DNA from: an uncultured virus (IMG/VR IMGVR_UViG_3300008119_000025)
Lineage: Duplodnaviria > Heunggongvirae > Uroviricota > Caudoviricetes
Strand: one strand, 5' to 3'
IMG/VR virus record: IMGVR_UViG_3300008119_000025
DNA: 64,000 nucleotides
The position numbers were made by a program, and so were the translations under genes. The notes beneath the pieces were generated by a model. It was given only the letters and a program-made list of their open reading frames with translations, did not search any database and was not told the DNA's origin. Positions within the stretch are counted from its first letter, which is position 1, and each line of letters begins with the position of its first letter. This document shows, piece by piece, positions 1-10,498 of the stretch.

Positions 1-52
1 TGAGTGAGCGGGTTAAATTGGAGCGAAGGGTTAGGTTTGCCATGGTTTAGTT

Positions 53-1282
53 TTATTGATAATATTCGATTATGAATCGGAATTTGAAGTCTGGGAGAGT
101 GCCATAATTGGCTATACTACCTGCAGGACATATTTGGAATGATATGTAAGATGAGTAGTATTGGTTGACTGAATCGCCAGTGTTTATTTCGTTGTCGCTA
201 TCGTCGGTGGTTGGTTCATACGGGTATGGTACATTTCCTAAGTCTTGATTGCCTATAAGTGTGCCTTGACTATTATTACCTAAATTAACGTTTGAATAAT
301 TATTTTCAAATGCAACTCTTTCTGCCCAACGGGTTCCAGCATCACCTATATTTGCTGATGTGCGTGAAGTACTTCCGGTTACTGCTGTACCTGGGATTGT
401 TTTGTTTAGAGTAAAATCAAATAATGTATTGTTGGCTGATGATGGACCATTATTCAAAAATGAACCATCTTCTAAACTATAATAATCAGCTTCACCACTA
501 GCATATAGTCTAACTTGGGTTGATTGTGAAGAAGCACCTATTAAATTGGTATACACTTTAATTTTGCTAATACCTTTCCATGGTGATGATGGTCTAAATG
601 CTATTACTCCATCTTTATTGATAACAAGAGGTTGGAGTTTTCCAGCAAATGCAAAATTTGATGCAGTAAATGAACCGGTATTGTATTGAGTTGCACTATA
701 TGCTCTAACAACGGGATTAAACCCACCACTAAGTGTTCCAGAAGTTACAGATACCTCTATCTCACCACTATCGAATTGCCCAGTTGCTGGTGAAGAAAAC
801 GTCCATGCACCCGGTAATGGATTTTCAATACATATAAATTCATATAGATTTCCATCTGGGGGTAATACCGCAGGTGTATCTACTGGGTAATTGTTAATTT
901 TACCCCCAACATTTGATGGGTACACGTATAGTAATGATGTACTATTGTTGACAATGCGTACACTTTTGCCTGTAACCGGTTGAGGGAGTTTTGTTGCTCT
1001 ATCATCAGTAGTAACATACTCGAATACATTTACACTATATGAGCATACAGATGTTGTTGCAGATGAAGTTGTACTAGCGCTTAACGCAGCATTAACTGTG
1101 TATTTGGTATCTGATATATTCAATGATGCGGTCTGTGCTGAGGTAAGGAACGAGCCAGTGTCTTCACTGGTTAAAAACGAGCCAGTATCATCGCTAGTCA
1201 CGAATAATGACATTGATGAATGGATAGTTTCAATTGAACCTGTGAAATACTCGAAGTTGCCGTCTAATTCGTTAATATACAT
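53..1282 (-). CDS. tail fibre/virion structural protein, possibly N-terminally truncated
   Basis: S/T/G/N-rich 409 aa ORF beginning with the ELDGNF motif seen near the N-terminus of phage fibre proteins; two 9-aa DTGSFLTS repeats; ATG lies inside the late-promoter motif. Confidence 0.55.
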   Translation of the reverse strand: MYINELDGNFEYFTGSIETIHSSMSLFVTSDDTGSFLTSEDTGSFLTSAQTASLNISDTKYTVNAALSASTTSSATTSVCSYSVNVFEYVTTDDRATKLPQPVTGKSVRIVNNSTSLLYVYPSNVGGKINNYPVDTPAVLPPDGNLYEFICIENPLPGAWTFSSPATGQFDSGEIEVSVTSGTLSGGFNPVVRAYSATQYNTGSFTASNFAFAGKLQPLVINKDGVIAFRPSSPWKGISKIKVYTNLIGASSQSTQVRLYASGEADYYSLEDGSFLNNGPSSANNTLFDFTLNKTIPGTAVTGSTSRTSANIGDAGTRWAERVAFENNYSNVNLGNNSQGTLIGNQDLGNVPYPYEPTTDDSDNEINTGDSVNQYYSSYISFQICPAGSIANYGTLPDFKFRFIIEYYQ

Positions 1283-1285
1283 ATG

Positions 1286-1314
1286 AAAAAAAATGGGCTC
1301 AGTTAAGAGCCCAT
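1286..1314 (-). terminator. intrinsic terminator
   Basis: ATGGGCTC-TTAACT-GAGCCCAT stem-loop followed by a T run on the minus strand. Confidence 0.8.
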
Positions 1315-1397
1315 GAATGTTTAGTCACGAAATTCTTCGTATATTTTATATCTCCAACATATGTATAACAGATAAGGAACCAATTTAACGTAAACGT

Positions 1398-2321
1398 ATG
1401 GGAAGGAATAAAATAACTACAGAAATATTCATTGAACGAGCAATGAAAGTACATGGAGATAAATTTGATTACACAAACACATTATATCAAAAATTAGATA
1501 GTAAAGTATCAATATTATGCCACACCCATGGAATATTCCAGCAAAACGCTGCTGATCATTTAAATGGGAATGGATGTCCTGGGTGTAGTGGGAATCGAAA
1601 GCTTGATACTAATTCATTCATTGAAAATGCTAAAAACATACATGGTAATGAATATGATTATAGTTTAGTAAAATATGTAAATAATAAAACTAAAGTTACT
1701 ATAAAATGCACACATCATGGTATGTTTGAACAACAACCCAACAATCATATATCGGGACAGGGATGTCCAAAATGTAAAAACAAAAAATTGAGTGACAATA
1801 TGGTTAAATCACCCAATGTGTTGGTTAATGAATTGAATGATATATTTTTAAATGAAAATTACATATATGATTTCAAAAATTATATAAATAACAGATCATT
1901 CATTAAAGTAACATGCCCTGTACATGGTGAATTTACTAAATCATATCAATCATTACGGAAGGGTTTTGGATGTGCCGATTGTGCAGGGTATAAATCCAAG
2001 GGGGAGAGGCTAATTGGGGAATGGTTAAAATATAATAACATAGAATACATTCCACAGATGAAATTTAGTGGTTGCATGTTGGATAGAGAATTAAGATTTG
2101 ACTATTACTTACCAAAACATAACATATGCATAGAATATAATGGGAAACAACATTATTACGCGTCATCTAAATTTGGGGGTGAAAAAGAATTTGAATTAAC
2201 TAAAACACGTGACCAAATAAAAATTGAATATTGTATGGATAATTCCATCCCATTAATAATAATACAATGGGATGAAGATCCAATACATAAATTACAATCC
2301 GTTTTCCTTGATGTAATTTAA
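1398..2321 (+). CDS. homing endonuclease: repeated C-x2-H-G..C-P-x-C zinc-ribbon units plus Vsr-like/PD-(D/E)XK nuclease
   Basis: Three CxxHG...GCPxC repeats; C-terminal SKGE...LRFDYYLP...IEYNGKQHY; only clear plus-strand gene, convergent on and overlapping the phoH 3' end. Confidence 0.8.
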   Translation: MGRNKITTEIFIERAMKVHGDKFDYTNTLYQKLDSKVSILCHTHGIFQQNAADHLNGNGCPGCSGNRKLDTNSFIENAKNIHGNEYDYSLVKYVNNKTKVTIKCTHHGMFEQQPNNHISGQGCPKCKNKKLSDNMVKSPNVLVNELNDIFLNENYIYDFKNYINNRSFIKVTCPVHGEFTKSYQSLRKGFGCADCAGYKSKGERLIGEWLKYNNIEYIPQMKFSGCMLDRELRFDYYLPKHNICIEYNGKQHYYASSKFGGEKEFELTKTRDQIKIEYCMDNSIPLIIIQWDEDPIHKLQSVFLDVI

Positions 2322-2993
2322 TATTTCATCCACTATTGGGTGGCGATGGTTTTGTAATAACTTGACATACCCAAAACTAGGAATATTTTTGGATAAATCA
2401 TATAGCAAATTAATTCCAGAATCCAATTTGTTGGGTAAATCACATTGTGGTTTATCACCACAAAACACCAACTTGGATGTTTCACCCAACCTACCCAATA
2501 TCAACTCAGTTTGTTTTTTGGTTAAATTCTGTGCTTCATCTATGATGATCATACTGTCACTGAATGTGTGGCCTCGCAAAAATCCAACGGGCATTACTTT
2601 GATTTTGTTTTCGCTCTGGATTTTTTCTATTTTAGCTGGGTCGCCAGTCATGGTGGTCATTAAGTCGTATATAGGGAATGTTAAATATTCTAACTTTTGA
2701 TCAACACCACCTGGGAGGTATCCTATATTTTCTCCAGCGGTTACGAATGGGCGGGCAATGATTATTTGCTCGATGTCTTTCCGGAATAACAGGTCCAAAG
2801 CAATTTGACACGCTAGGGTGGTCTTACCACTACCCGCTTTTCCCTCAATTAACGTAACTGGTGTGTTCAGGATTGTGTCTTTTGCTTCTTTTTGCTCTTC
2901 GTTGAGCGATAACTTGAATTTGATTGGTCCTTTCGGTTTACGTTTCTCCTTGAATACATCTTGTGCTTCCGGAGTACGATTGTAGTCAGTCAT
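2292..2993 (-). CDS. phoH: PhoH-family ATPase
   Basis: GKAGSGKT Walker A, IGYLPG, FLRGHTF, IIDEAQN, GDxxQCD, HRHPIV motifs. Confidence 0.92.
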   Translation of the reverse strand: MTDYNRTPEAQDVFKEKRKPKGPIKFKLSLNEEQKEAKDTILNTPVTLIEGKAGSGKTTLACQIALDLLFRKDIEQIIIARPFVTAGENIGYLPGGVDQKLEYLTFPIYDLMTTMTGDPAKIEKIQSENKIKVMPVGFLRGHTFSDSMIIIDEAQNLTKKQTELILGRLGETSKLVFCGDKPQCDLPNKLDSGINLLYDLSKNIPSFGYVKLLQNHRHPIVDEILNYIKENGL

Positions 2994-3051
2994 ATAACTG
3001 GTTTTATGGTTTCAACAATAAATATATGGACGGTTTAAACAAATGCCAAAT

Positions 3052-4749
3052 TTATTTTAATGTCATTTCAAATCTGGTTACCCCACAATCCCATATTCGG
3101 TGATATCCCAACTGTTGCATGAGTTGGTACTCGGTGTGGTTTGCGGTATCCATTCCCATTTGCTTAAGTCGACCTTTGTTGAAGTTGAATCGGTGCAATC
3201 TGCTGATGAAATCTTGTGTATACCAGTAACCGTGTTGAGATGTAGAGGTATGCGTAAATCCACACGTTAAATAAACGTTTTTCACGGGGGATGACCAACG
3301 GTTATCTGCGAATGAAAATATATGTGAGGGTGAACATGTTTTGATGAAATGCTTGAGTAAACGAGATGCGGCCCCAACTACATTGGTGTTTGTTTTATTG
3401 CAAAATCGAATGAGTTCCCACGAATCGGCAATTTGTGTTTTGGTTTGTCCGATGGCTTGTCTCGGTTTTCTGAATGTCATTACCGACACCAACTCACCAC
3501 CATGGTACAGGCCAAATTTGAATTGCGAGCGGTCCATGCCCTGGATGTGGTTTGCGTTCAAGAATTGGTTTTTAATATCCACTGGCACCTCCTGTATTTC
3601 ACATTTACGCGCATATAGCGTGGTTGTGTTTTGTTTTAGCTCGTTTTGTATTCTGGATAGCACTATGTGTTGTTTGGTGATGAGCTCATCCGAGAATATG
3701 TTTATTAGTTTGGTATTGTTTTGATTATATTCGCGGAATAAATTACGGTAATATTGGTTTGGTTTGTATGATGCATGTTCCAGGTGTACTATGTTTATCG
3801 CTAGTGCGTGCTCTGGAATGTATATGTCTATTTGGTTGTTGTGGTTTGTGTGGATTTCTCCATGGTGTATTCCGCGAATGAACTCGAGTAGCGTTCTGTT
3901 TAGAGGGTGTATATCGTTTTGTAGCGCGGATAGTTCTGTTTTTTTAATTTCGATATGGTTGTGGTTGATGGTATGGGTGTTGTTTTCCACAAATGATGTA
4001 CCATATCGCCACTTGTATCCCTTGCATGTTTTCTGTTTACCATTGCAGCATGCACGAATGTCGGTTGAGTGGATGAGTATACCATTTGATGCAAATTCCT
4101 TTTCCACTTGGTAGCTATTGGTGTATTCGCGTATGAAATTGTCTTGTAAATCGTATTGCAGCACGGTTTGCTGTTTGATTTTCACGTTTTGTTTGAGTTC
4201 CTCCAGCACTTGCTCTATTTGATCATCGTCTACGAACTGGAATATATAGCCGCGGCATGTTTTCTGTTTGTCTCTACGGCACGAGCTCAATATACCTCCC
4301 GTGTTTTCTTTGGTATCCGCTAACAATATGTTTTTTACTTCAGATGTGGAATTGAATGTGGCTACAAATGTGCCATCTAGTGTATATGCGTTTATTTTGC
4401 GTTGATGTTTGGTTGATGAGAGCGACATTTTCTGTTTAGTGGATGATGATTTGTTGCCGCCCTTTCCATCGTTTAACATAGTGAACATAACTGAATCCCA
4501 CCCATGTTGCTCTATATGTTGTTGCTTGTAAAATGATTCGCGTTCATCTAGTTGCTCTGGATTGCATAGCTCAAGTATCTCAAATATGTGGTTGTTTAGG
4601 CCATGGTGGATAAATGAGTTGTATAGTTGTGGTTGGCCCTTGCAATGCAATCTATTGTAGTGGTACCAACGTTTGTCTATGTCTGTTGATTGACCAATGT
4701 ATGTTTTGTTGGATGGTGATGTGATTTTGTATATGCCTATTTGTTTCAT
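3052..4749 (-). CDS. GIY-YIG + 2x NUMOD1 + Hef-like homing endonuclease fusion
   Basis: N-terminal GIYKIT...YIGQS; two QYDL.G/D.FI...CC..K.KTC.GY.W units; C-terminal YARKC...NHIQG...ELIRFC...VVGAASRLLKHF...IWDCG. Confidence 0.8.
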   Translation of the reverse strand: MKQIGIYKITSPSNKTYIGQSTDIDKRWYHYNRLHCKGQPQLYNSFIHHGLNNHIFEILELCNPEQLDERESFYKQQHIEQHGWDSVMFTMLNDGKGGNKSSSTKQKMSLSSTKHQRKINAYTLDGTFVATFNSTSEVKNILLADTKENTGGILSSCRRDKQKTCRGYIFQFVDDDQIEQVLEELKQNVKIKQQTVLQYDLQDNFIREYTNSYQVEKEFASNGILIHSTDIRACCNGKQKTCKGYKWRYGTSFVENNTHTINHNHIEIKKTELSALQNDIHPLNRTLLEFIRGIHHGEIHTNHNNQIDIYIPEHALAINIVHLEHASYKPNQYYRNLFREYNQNNTKLINIFSDELITKQHIVLSRIQNELKQNTTTLYARKCEIQEVPVDIKNQFLNANHIQGMDRSQFKFGLYHGGELVSVMTFRKPRQAIGQTKTQIADSWELIRFCNKTNTNVVGAASRLLKHFIKTCSPSHIFSFADNRWSSPVKNVYLTCGFTHTSTSQHGYWYTQDFISRLHRFNFNKGRLKQMGMDTANHTEYQLMQQLGYHRIWDCGVTRFEMTLK

Positions 4750-4855
4750 GTAAATGTACCTTATGTTCCGCTATAAATATAGTGAATATATTTTTGGTTG
4801 GCACGGAAGAAGCGGAATATAGGGGGGGAGATGGGAATGTGAGGTGTGTGGAAAT

Positions 4856-4882
4856 AAAAATGGGCGCCTAAAAGGCGCCCAT
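4856..4882 (-). terminator. intrinsic terminator after major capsid gene
   Basis: ATGGGCGCCT-TTT-AGGCGCCCAT hairpin followed by a T run on the minus strand. Confidence 0.85.
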
Positions 4883-4914
4883 CTTACGTGGAAAATCTGC
4901 GTTTTTACGCGCGA

Positions 4915-6591
4915 TTAGATACTTGCTAAGTCAGAAACGAATACTCTACCGAAGAATTCAGGTCTAATCATTTTCTTCGCGTAGCGAGTCAATAAACCTT
5001 TTCTTGGTGTGAATGTTTCAGGATCATATACAAGTGGTGTCATGATCAAAGGAACATAAGGCGCGAATACAGCTCCTGTTTCTAAGAATTGAGCACCTCT
5101 ATAACCCATCAAGATAACGTTTTCAGTCATGTATGGGTTTTTGTATACTGTATAACGGTTGTTCAAGTTACCTGCTTTTTGGATACCAAATGCGTAGCTT
5201 GATTTAGTTACATCACCGTCAGAAGATGAAGCAAATCCTGGGATTGACTCAAGAATTGTTGCTACAGCTGGAGAACATACCATGAAGTTAGCACCACCTC
5301 TCAATGTCTTTTGGTGAATTTTGTTTGACACTTTTTGGAATTTAGTACCCAATGTTTGGAACCAAGAACCTTGTGTGTTGAAGAAACCAAGTGATTCGTA
5401 TGCAGTTTTACCTGAATTCAAAGATTGGTTGTTTTTAGCTGACCAGTACTCATCTGCTGCAGAAGCGTCTTGAATCAACATATCTAAGTTTTCTAAATCG
5501 ATTTCTAATGCGATATACTCAGACATGATTGAAGTTAATTCTGCTTCAGCATCCAATGATTGGTAAGCGTTCAAATCTTGTGCGAACTCTGGAGTCCATT
5601 GTGCTTTCAATTTACGTGTTTTAGCAACGATAGCTTCTGATTTCAATTTGATATCAATTGATGGGATAGCTAATGCGTCAGCTGATGTAGATCCAGCGTT
5701 TGCATATCCAGCACCTGATGCATCTTCGAAATCACCTCTGTTGTTGTCAACTGGTTGTTGGTTGTACCATACAGAGTTAGCTGCACCGTTTACAGGAATG
5801 TTTGCTGATGCTACTGCACCTGCATAGATGAAATATACATTAGTACCATCTGTTGTAGTGTATTGTGGTAATACTTTAGCAGTTGTTCCAGCTGTTAATG
5901 TTGATCCAGAAGCTAACGTAAATGCTCTAACACCTTTCAAGTCAGGGCGAGTCATTGATGCAGCAGTAATAGCTACTTTTGTATAGTTACCAGCAGCAAC
6001 TGAAGCAGATAATTCGTTTGCGTAATCTAAATCAGCCCATGATGCTGTAGTTACTGTAGTTGTAGCTGAAGCTGAGAATTGGTTAACTGTGTATCCAAAT
6101 CTTCCAGCACCATATAAACCTCCGTTTGGATCATTTTCAGCACCTGGGTTAGTAACACCATAAAGTGAACCTGTACCATAGATATCTCCTGCTGGTCCGA
6201 AGTTCAATTTTTTGTTTTGTCCGTATGCGAAATCCAAGAAGAAAACAAGACCTGAAGGTAAGTTCATTGGTTGAACTGACATGAATTCTTTAGTTGATAA
6301 AGAACCGAATACTTTACGTACTAATGGTAAAGCTACTCCTGCCCATTGCTCACCACCTGATCCATTACCTATGCTGAATGTACCACCACCTTGGTTAGTT
6401 GCATTAGACTCCATAACCAACTGTTTAGCTTGGTTTTCAAGAATCATTGCCATGTTGTTTTTGTCTACTTCAGTTCCGATACCTTCTAGTAAACCTGTTT
6501 TACCCCACTTTGCAGCCATTCTAGCAGCATCGCTTTGTAAGTTTTTCCAGCCACTTGCTGAACTTTCTAATAATGAATTAATTGTTGACAT
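4915..6591 (-). CDS. major capsid protein (T4 gp23-like)
   Basis: LPLVRKVF, VQPMNLPSGLVFFL, AKTRKLKAQWTPEFAQDL, DAEAELT, APYVPL, FTPRKGLLTRY motifs. Confidence 0.95.
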   Translation of the reverse strand: MSTINSLLESSASGWKNLQSDAARMAAKWGKTGLLEGIGTEVDKNNMAMILENQAKQLVMESNATNQGGGTFSIGNGSGGEQWAGVALPLVRKVFGSLSTKEFMSVQPMNLPSGLVFFLDFAYGQNKKLNFGPAGDIYGTGSLYGVTNPGAENDPNGGLYGAGRFGYTVNQFSASATTTVTTASWADLDYANELSASVAAGNYTKVAITAASMTRPDLKGVRAFTLASGSTLTAGTTAKVLPQYTTTDGTNVYFIYAGAVASANIPVNGAANSVWYNQQPVDNNRGDFEDASGAGYANAGSTSADALAIPSIDIKLKSEAIVAKTRKLKAQWTPEFAQDLNAYQSLDAEAELTSIMSEYIALEIDLENLDMLIQDASAADEYWSAKNNQSLNSGKTAYESLGFFNTQGSWFQTLGTKFQKVSNKIHQKTLRGGANFMVCSPAVATILESIPGFASSSDGDVTKSSYAFGIQKAGNLNNRYTVYKNPYMTENVILMGYRGAQFLETGAVFAPYVPLIMTPLVYDPETFTPRKGLLTRYAKKMIRPEFFGRVFVSDLASI

Positions 6592-6622
6592 CTGTGTGTG
6601 TTTTGTTTTTTTAAGTTTAAAA

Positions 6623-7630
6623 TTAAATTAGTCCAGCCAATTTACGCATTCTATTGAATACTTCGTTTGACTCAACTATTGGTTGTTTTGTGTTTACAAC
6701 TGGTGTATTTGTTGTTTTTGATGCTCTACCTAAATTTTCGCGGATTGGAGTATTTTTTACTTTAAGTCCCTCGTTTAAAGTTGAATAAACCAATTTTACT
6801 TCTTTTACTGTAGTTGCTTTGTCAAATGAACTCAACACTTTTACTTTTTGACTTTCGTTCAATGTTTTTTCTTTGAAGATTTTGTTAGTGTAAAGCAATT
6901 TAGCGTTTAACAAGTTAACCTCGTTTAAATCTGAACGTAGTGTGTTGATGATTGAAGTAGCATCTTTTAATTCAGCTTTAAGTGTTTCAATTTCAGCTAA
7001 TACTGTATCGTTTACTGTTGTTGCAGTAGTTGTTTCAGTAGTTGTTGCTGTAGTTTCAACTGTTGCTGTTTCTTCTTCAATTTCGCGTAACAATTCAGCT
7101 AAGTCCATATCTTCTTCACCGTCCATTTCCATGTCGATTTCCTCTTCGTTTTCAGATTCTTCATCTTCTTCACCATTTTCTGGTTTTAACTCACCAGCTT
7201 CGACCATATCCGCGATTACGTCTGCGATCATTTCTTTTAAGTCTTCGTCAGTCATGTCTTCTAATTTCAACGGCTCACCTTCTTCTTCTGTTTCCTCTTC
7301 TTCAGATTCTTCAGCTTCGTTTAGTGTTTCGTCGATTTCTTCGTTTTCAATTTCTGCAAGTAACTCTTCTAAGTTGATTTCATCAACTGTTGTGTTTTCT
7401 TCAACTGCATCTAAATCATCACCGTCCATGAAGTTTTCCTCCATAGTTTCATCTTCATTGTATGACTCGTTTGTTTCGTCAGTCATTTCTTGAAGTTTCA
7501 ATGATAACATAGTTTTCAATTGAGGAGTGAAGGTTTCTTCCAGGGCTGCTTTAGCGTTTGCTATTGCCATTTCCTTCAAGGTTTTAGCGTCAGCAATTGC
7601 TTCTGCAAGCATTTCTCTGTTTGTTGCCAT
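6623..7630 (-). CDS. prohead scaffold/core protein (gp22-like)
   Basis: Very acidic coiled-coil protein between protease and capsid genes; many (L/I)xE sites; ends MRKLAGLI. Confidence 0.8.
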   Translation of the reverse strand: MATNREMLAEAIADAKTLKEMAIANAKAALEETFTPQLKTMLSLKLQEMTDETNESYNEDETMEENFMDGDDLDAVEENTTVDEINLEELLAEIENEEIDETLNEAEESEEEETEEEGEPLKLEDMTDEDLKEMIADVIADMVEAGELKPENGEEDEESENEEEIDMEMDGEEDMDLAELLREIEEETATVETTATTTETTTATTVNDTVLAEIETLKAELKDATSIINTLRSDLNEVNLLNAKLLYTNKIFKEKTLNESQKVKVLSSFDKATTVKEVKLVYSTLNEGLKVKNTPIRENLGRASKTTNTPVVNTKQPIVESNEVFNRMRKLAGLI

Positions 7631-7833
7631 TTTTCCTAAATTATGTTTTGTGTTGGGAAAGTACGTTTATTTGAAACGTAATAGAATATAAATTAATTGG
7701 ATGCCATATGTTATGTATTGAGGGGATGGCATATTCGGAGTATACGTATGTATGGAGATAGTGAAAGTCGAGGGAAGAAAAAAAAAGCCCCCAAAGTGGG
7801 AGCGATTTTTCACCGGTTTGCAATCTTAAATGT

Positions 7834-8466
7834 TTAAAATATAGGGCATGTACCTTTAGTACACAGTATTTCGGTAACTATTGAGTTGACTTTATTGTAT
7901 GGGTCTAATTGTGTAGTCCTGGATTCATTTAATGTGGTTGGTGACATCCATGAGTTTCTGTTTGATGGGTTGGATACTGCATCCCAGCATAGTAATTCGA
8001 AATCGTCTTGTACCTCCATGATTTCACCTACTTGTTTAAGTGAGCCTATACCTCGAGATGAAACACCTACCAATAGGCCATTTTTGATTAATGCACCAAA
8101 TATACGTCCAGAAGGTGTACCTTTTTCTCCCATATCACTAAATATCTCTATTTGACCCATAATCTTATCACCGTCCCACCATATTTTACGTATAGCGTGA
8201 GATGCGTTTTTAAGGTTAATGATTTGTGAATCCGGGTGATCTAATTCACCGCAGGTTTCAGTTGAACGTTGGTTGATTTTCTCAATAAATTTGTCTATTT
8301 CACGTTCCCATAGTTCACGTGGATAATAGCGGCCGTTTCCGTTTCTTTCTTCAACGGTAGCCAATATACCTTCCACAAATACATTCCCACCGTTTCCCTG
8401 TCCTTCCAATAGACGAACAGGGGATGGGTTAAAGTATCTTGTTTCAATTAGTAGTTGTTTATTCAT
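7834..8466 (-). CDS. prohead protease (T4 gp21-like)
   Basis: RNGNGRYYP, GELDHP, ASHAI, GVSSRGIGSL, WDAVSNPS motifs. Confidence 0.93.
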   Translation of the reverse strand: MNKQLLIETRYFNPSPVRLLEGQGNGGNVFVEGILATVEERNGNGRYYPRELWEREIDKFIEKINQRSTETCGELDHPDSQIINLKNASHAIRKIWWDGDKIMGQIEIFSDMGEKGTPSGRIFGALIKNGLLVGVSSRGIGSLKQVGEIMEVQDDFELLCWDAVSNPSNRNSWMSPTTLNESRTTQLDPYNKVNSIVTEILCTKGTCPIF

Positions 8467-8483
8467 GGGTGTAAATATATGTT

Positions 8484-10040
8484 TTAGTAGTCCATACCTT
8501 CAAATCCACCAATTATATCATTGTATAATTCGCGTTTGAATTGTGGATAGTCAGCTGTGATTTTGTCGATGTCTTCACCTTCGTTGTAACGAGATTCTGC
8601 GTCTTGCTTAGCGGCCATGTATTCTGGTGATGCTTCGTCTACGTTTTCGGTTTCGTCAAGTACTTCTTTTTTCTTGCCTTTCATGGATTTTTCCAGTTTG
8701 GCTTTTGCTTTCTCTAGCAATTTGATTTCTTTTTGAAGTGCTTTAATTTTCTTACCATCTGTCAAGTCTTTCAAGTCTTCGTTCTCGTCTAACATATTCA
8801 ATTGTGCTTGACGTTTTTCAATTTCCTCTTGCACTTTGTTAAGTTTAGACTGGGTTACCTCGTTTGCTACTTCACCGTCGATTTCTTTTAAACGTTTGTG
8901 TACGTTTTCGTTTAGTGGCATTTTGCTTACTTCTTCAGCAATGATTGAGCGGATGATTGTGCGTAACTTTGATTCGTTGATTGACATGTCTTCTTGTAGT
9001 TTGTTTAAGTTCTGGAATAGGTAATCGCCTTTTGAATAGTATTGTTTAGTGCCATCTTTATTGAATTTATCGTCGCTAGCTATCTCCACAACGCCCTCAA
9101 ATGGGAAATATTGTTTAAATTTGTAACCATTCAACATTTTAGGTCTACCGTAATTTTGGGTTTTGTTTAGCAACTGTTTAACCATTGGTGGAATGTCCAT
9201 GATTAATTTTTTAATTGCTGGTTGGTCAGCGTATCCTTTTATTAGATTGTTGTACAATATCGCTGATATATACATTATATTATTAGTAGCATCAAATACC
9301 ATATGCTCACCAAATCGTTTGATGATTAATGGCGATACTGGTAATTTTTCTGGTACGAATCGCTTACCACCTGTTTTTGCATTACCAACGCTAACGCTGG
9401 TCATTTGATATGCTTCTTCTACTGATTCATTCAATTTAACTGGTTCCATTCCAGATGAAGCATATTTTCCTTTCACTTCTTTAGTTTTACCTAAACCTGG
9501 GTGTTCATCTGTGTAGCCGAGTCCTTTGATGCCGAATTGACCATCTTTTGTGTAGTGGATTGGATCTTTTGCTAAATTTTTCAATACAATGGCTTTCAAT
9601 TCTTCCATCGTTTTGTCAGCGTTTTTCGGGTCTTTCATTTCCGCGTAATAACCCATCATTACTTGGTCAAATATAACGTTGTCGATGTTTTTTTCGTCTG
9701 TGTTGTCGTGCGCGTGTTCTTGCTTTTTTTCAACCGATTTAGATACCGTTTTTGCTTCCGCTTTGTCTGTTTCCTCTTTCTTTTTTGCTTCTTTCAAGAA
9801 CGTCTCAAATGCAGTTTCGAATGATTCTTTTTTGGATGGAATCATTTGGTTAATTGCTTGTAAACCAACGATATTTTCGTTGATGATGTTTTTGTCTTTT
9901 AATATTTGAGTGGTTAACTTAAGGTCAGCGTTGATTGGAATTAGGTCTGCAAATTGACGTTTTGCTTCAGATAAAAATACACCTGTGTGTCCTTTTCCTT
10001 CTTTGATTAATAGATACTGGTCTTGTAGTGTTTTTTTCAT
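8484..10040 (-). CDS. hypothetical head-module protein
   Basis: 518 aa ORF in head operon with multiple INE/LNE/LKE sites. Confidence 0.6.
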   Translation of the reverse strand: MKKTLQDQYLLIKEGKGHTGVFLSEAKRQFADLIPINADLKLTTQILKDKNIINENIVGLQAINQMIPSKKESFETAFETFLKEAKKKEETDKAEAKTVSKSVEKKQEHAHDNTDEKNIDNVIFDQVMMGYYAEMKDPKNADKTMEELKAIVLKNLAKDPIHYTKDGQFGIKGLGYTDEHPGLGKTKEVKGKYASSGMEPVKLNESVEEAYQMTSVSVGNAKTGGKRFVPEKLPVSPLIIKRFGEHMVFDATNNIMYISAILYNNLIKGYADQPAIKKLIMDIPPMVKQLLNKTQNYGRPKMLNGYKFKQYFPFEGVVEIASDDKFNKDGTKQYYSKGDYLFQNLNKLQEDMSINESKLRTIIRSIIAEEVSKMPLNENVHKRLKEIDGEVANEVTQSKLNKVQEEIEKRQAQLNMLDENEDLKDLTDGKKIKALQKEIKLLEKAKAKLEKSMKGKKKEVLDETENVDEASPEYMAAKQDAESRYNEGEDIDKITADYPQFKRELYNDIIGGFEGMDY

Positions 10041-10498
10041 TTTGTTGCGGTTAGTAGTGTTTCAATGTTTTTAAGGTAACTTAAAATCATTTCGGTTGGT
10101 TTATATATATCGTATGATCCGGGATGTTCATTGTAATATTCTGCCGTTTCATTTTTTGCGTTGGAAACAATTGGATATAGTGCGTTTAAACGCGCTTCAA
10201 TGTCATCGAACGCAGCTATGCGCTCGCGTTGGAAATCGTTGATTTCGGTAATAGGTTCCACTTCAAACAACTGTTTTACCTCTAAACCCGAACCTTTAAT
10301 TTTATCGGGTACCGCTTTGTAACCTAGTTTGTAGTAGTATTTGGTTGCAGCGCCTTTTGCATTTTTGTTTTTGTTGAATGCTCTGGGTGTAGCGTACTGT
10401 TCACCAGCTCCTGGAGTAAATGTAGCGCCACCTCGTGATGTAGCGCTGATTTCCTTCAGTTTGGATTTAACTATTTCACGTATTCTATCCGTTAACAT
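10037..10498 (-). CDS. hypothetical head-module protein
   Basis: 153 aa ORF with IREIVKSKLKE leader, overlapping both neighbours. Confidence 0.6.
   Translation of the reverse strand: MLTDRIREIVKSKLKEISATSRGGATFTPGAGEQYATPRAFNKNKNAKGAATKYYYKLGYKAVPDKIKGSGLEVKQLFEVEPITEINDFQRERIAAFDDIEARLNALYPIVSNAKNETAEYYNEHPGSYDIYKPTEMILSYLKNIETLLTATK

Noticed and set aside
1..30. GTGAG similarity between window start and reverse complement of window end
   Set aside because: Too short and imperfect to be a terminal inverted repeat; window edges are probably arbitrary
6942..7493. Long plus-strand ORFs (also 11378..12040, 15571..16269, 23535..24245, 32312..32890)
   Set aside because: Antisense shadows of real minus-strand genes with Ser/Phe-rich, non-protein-like composition
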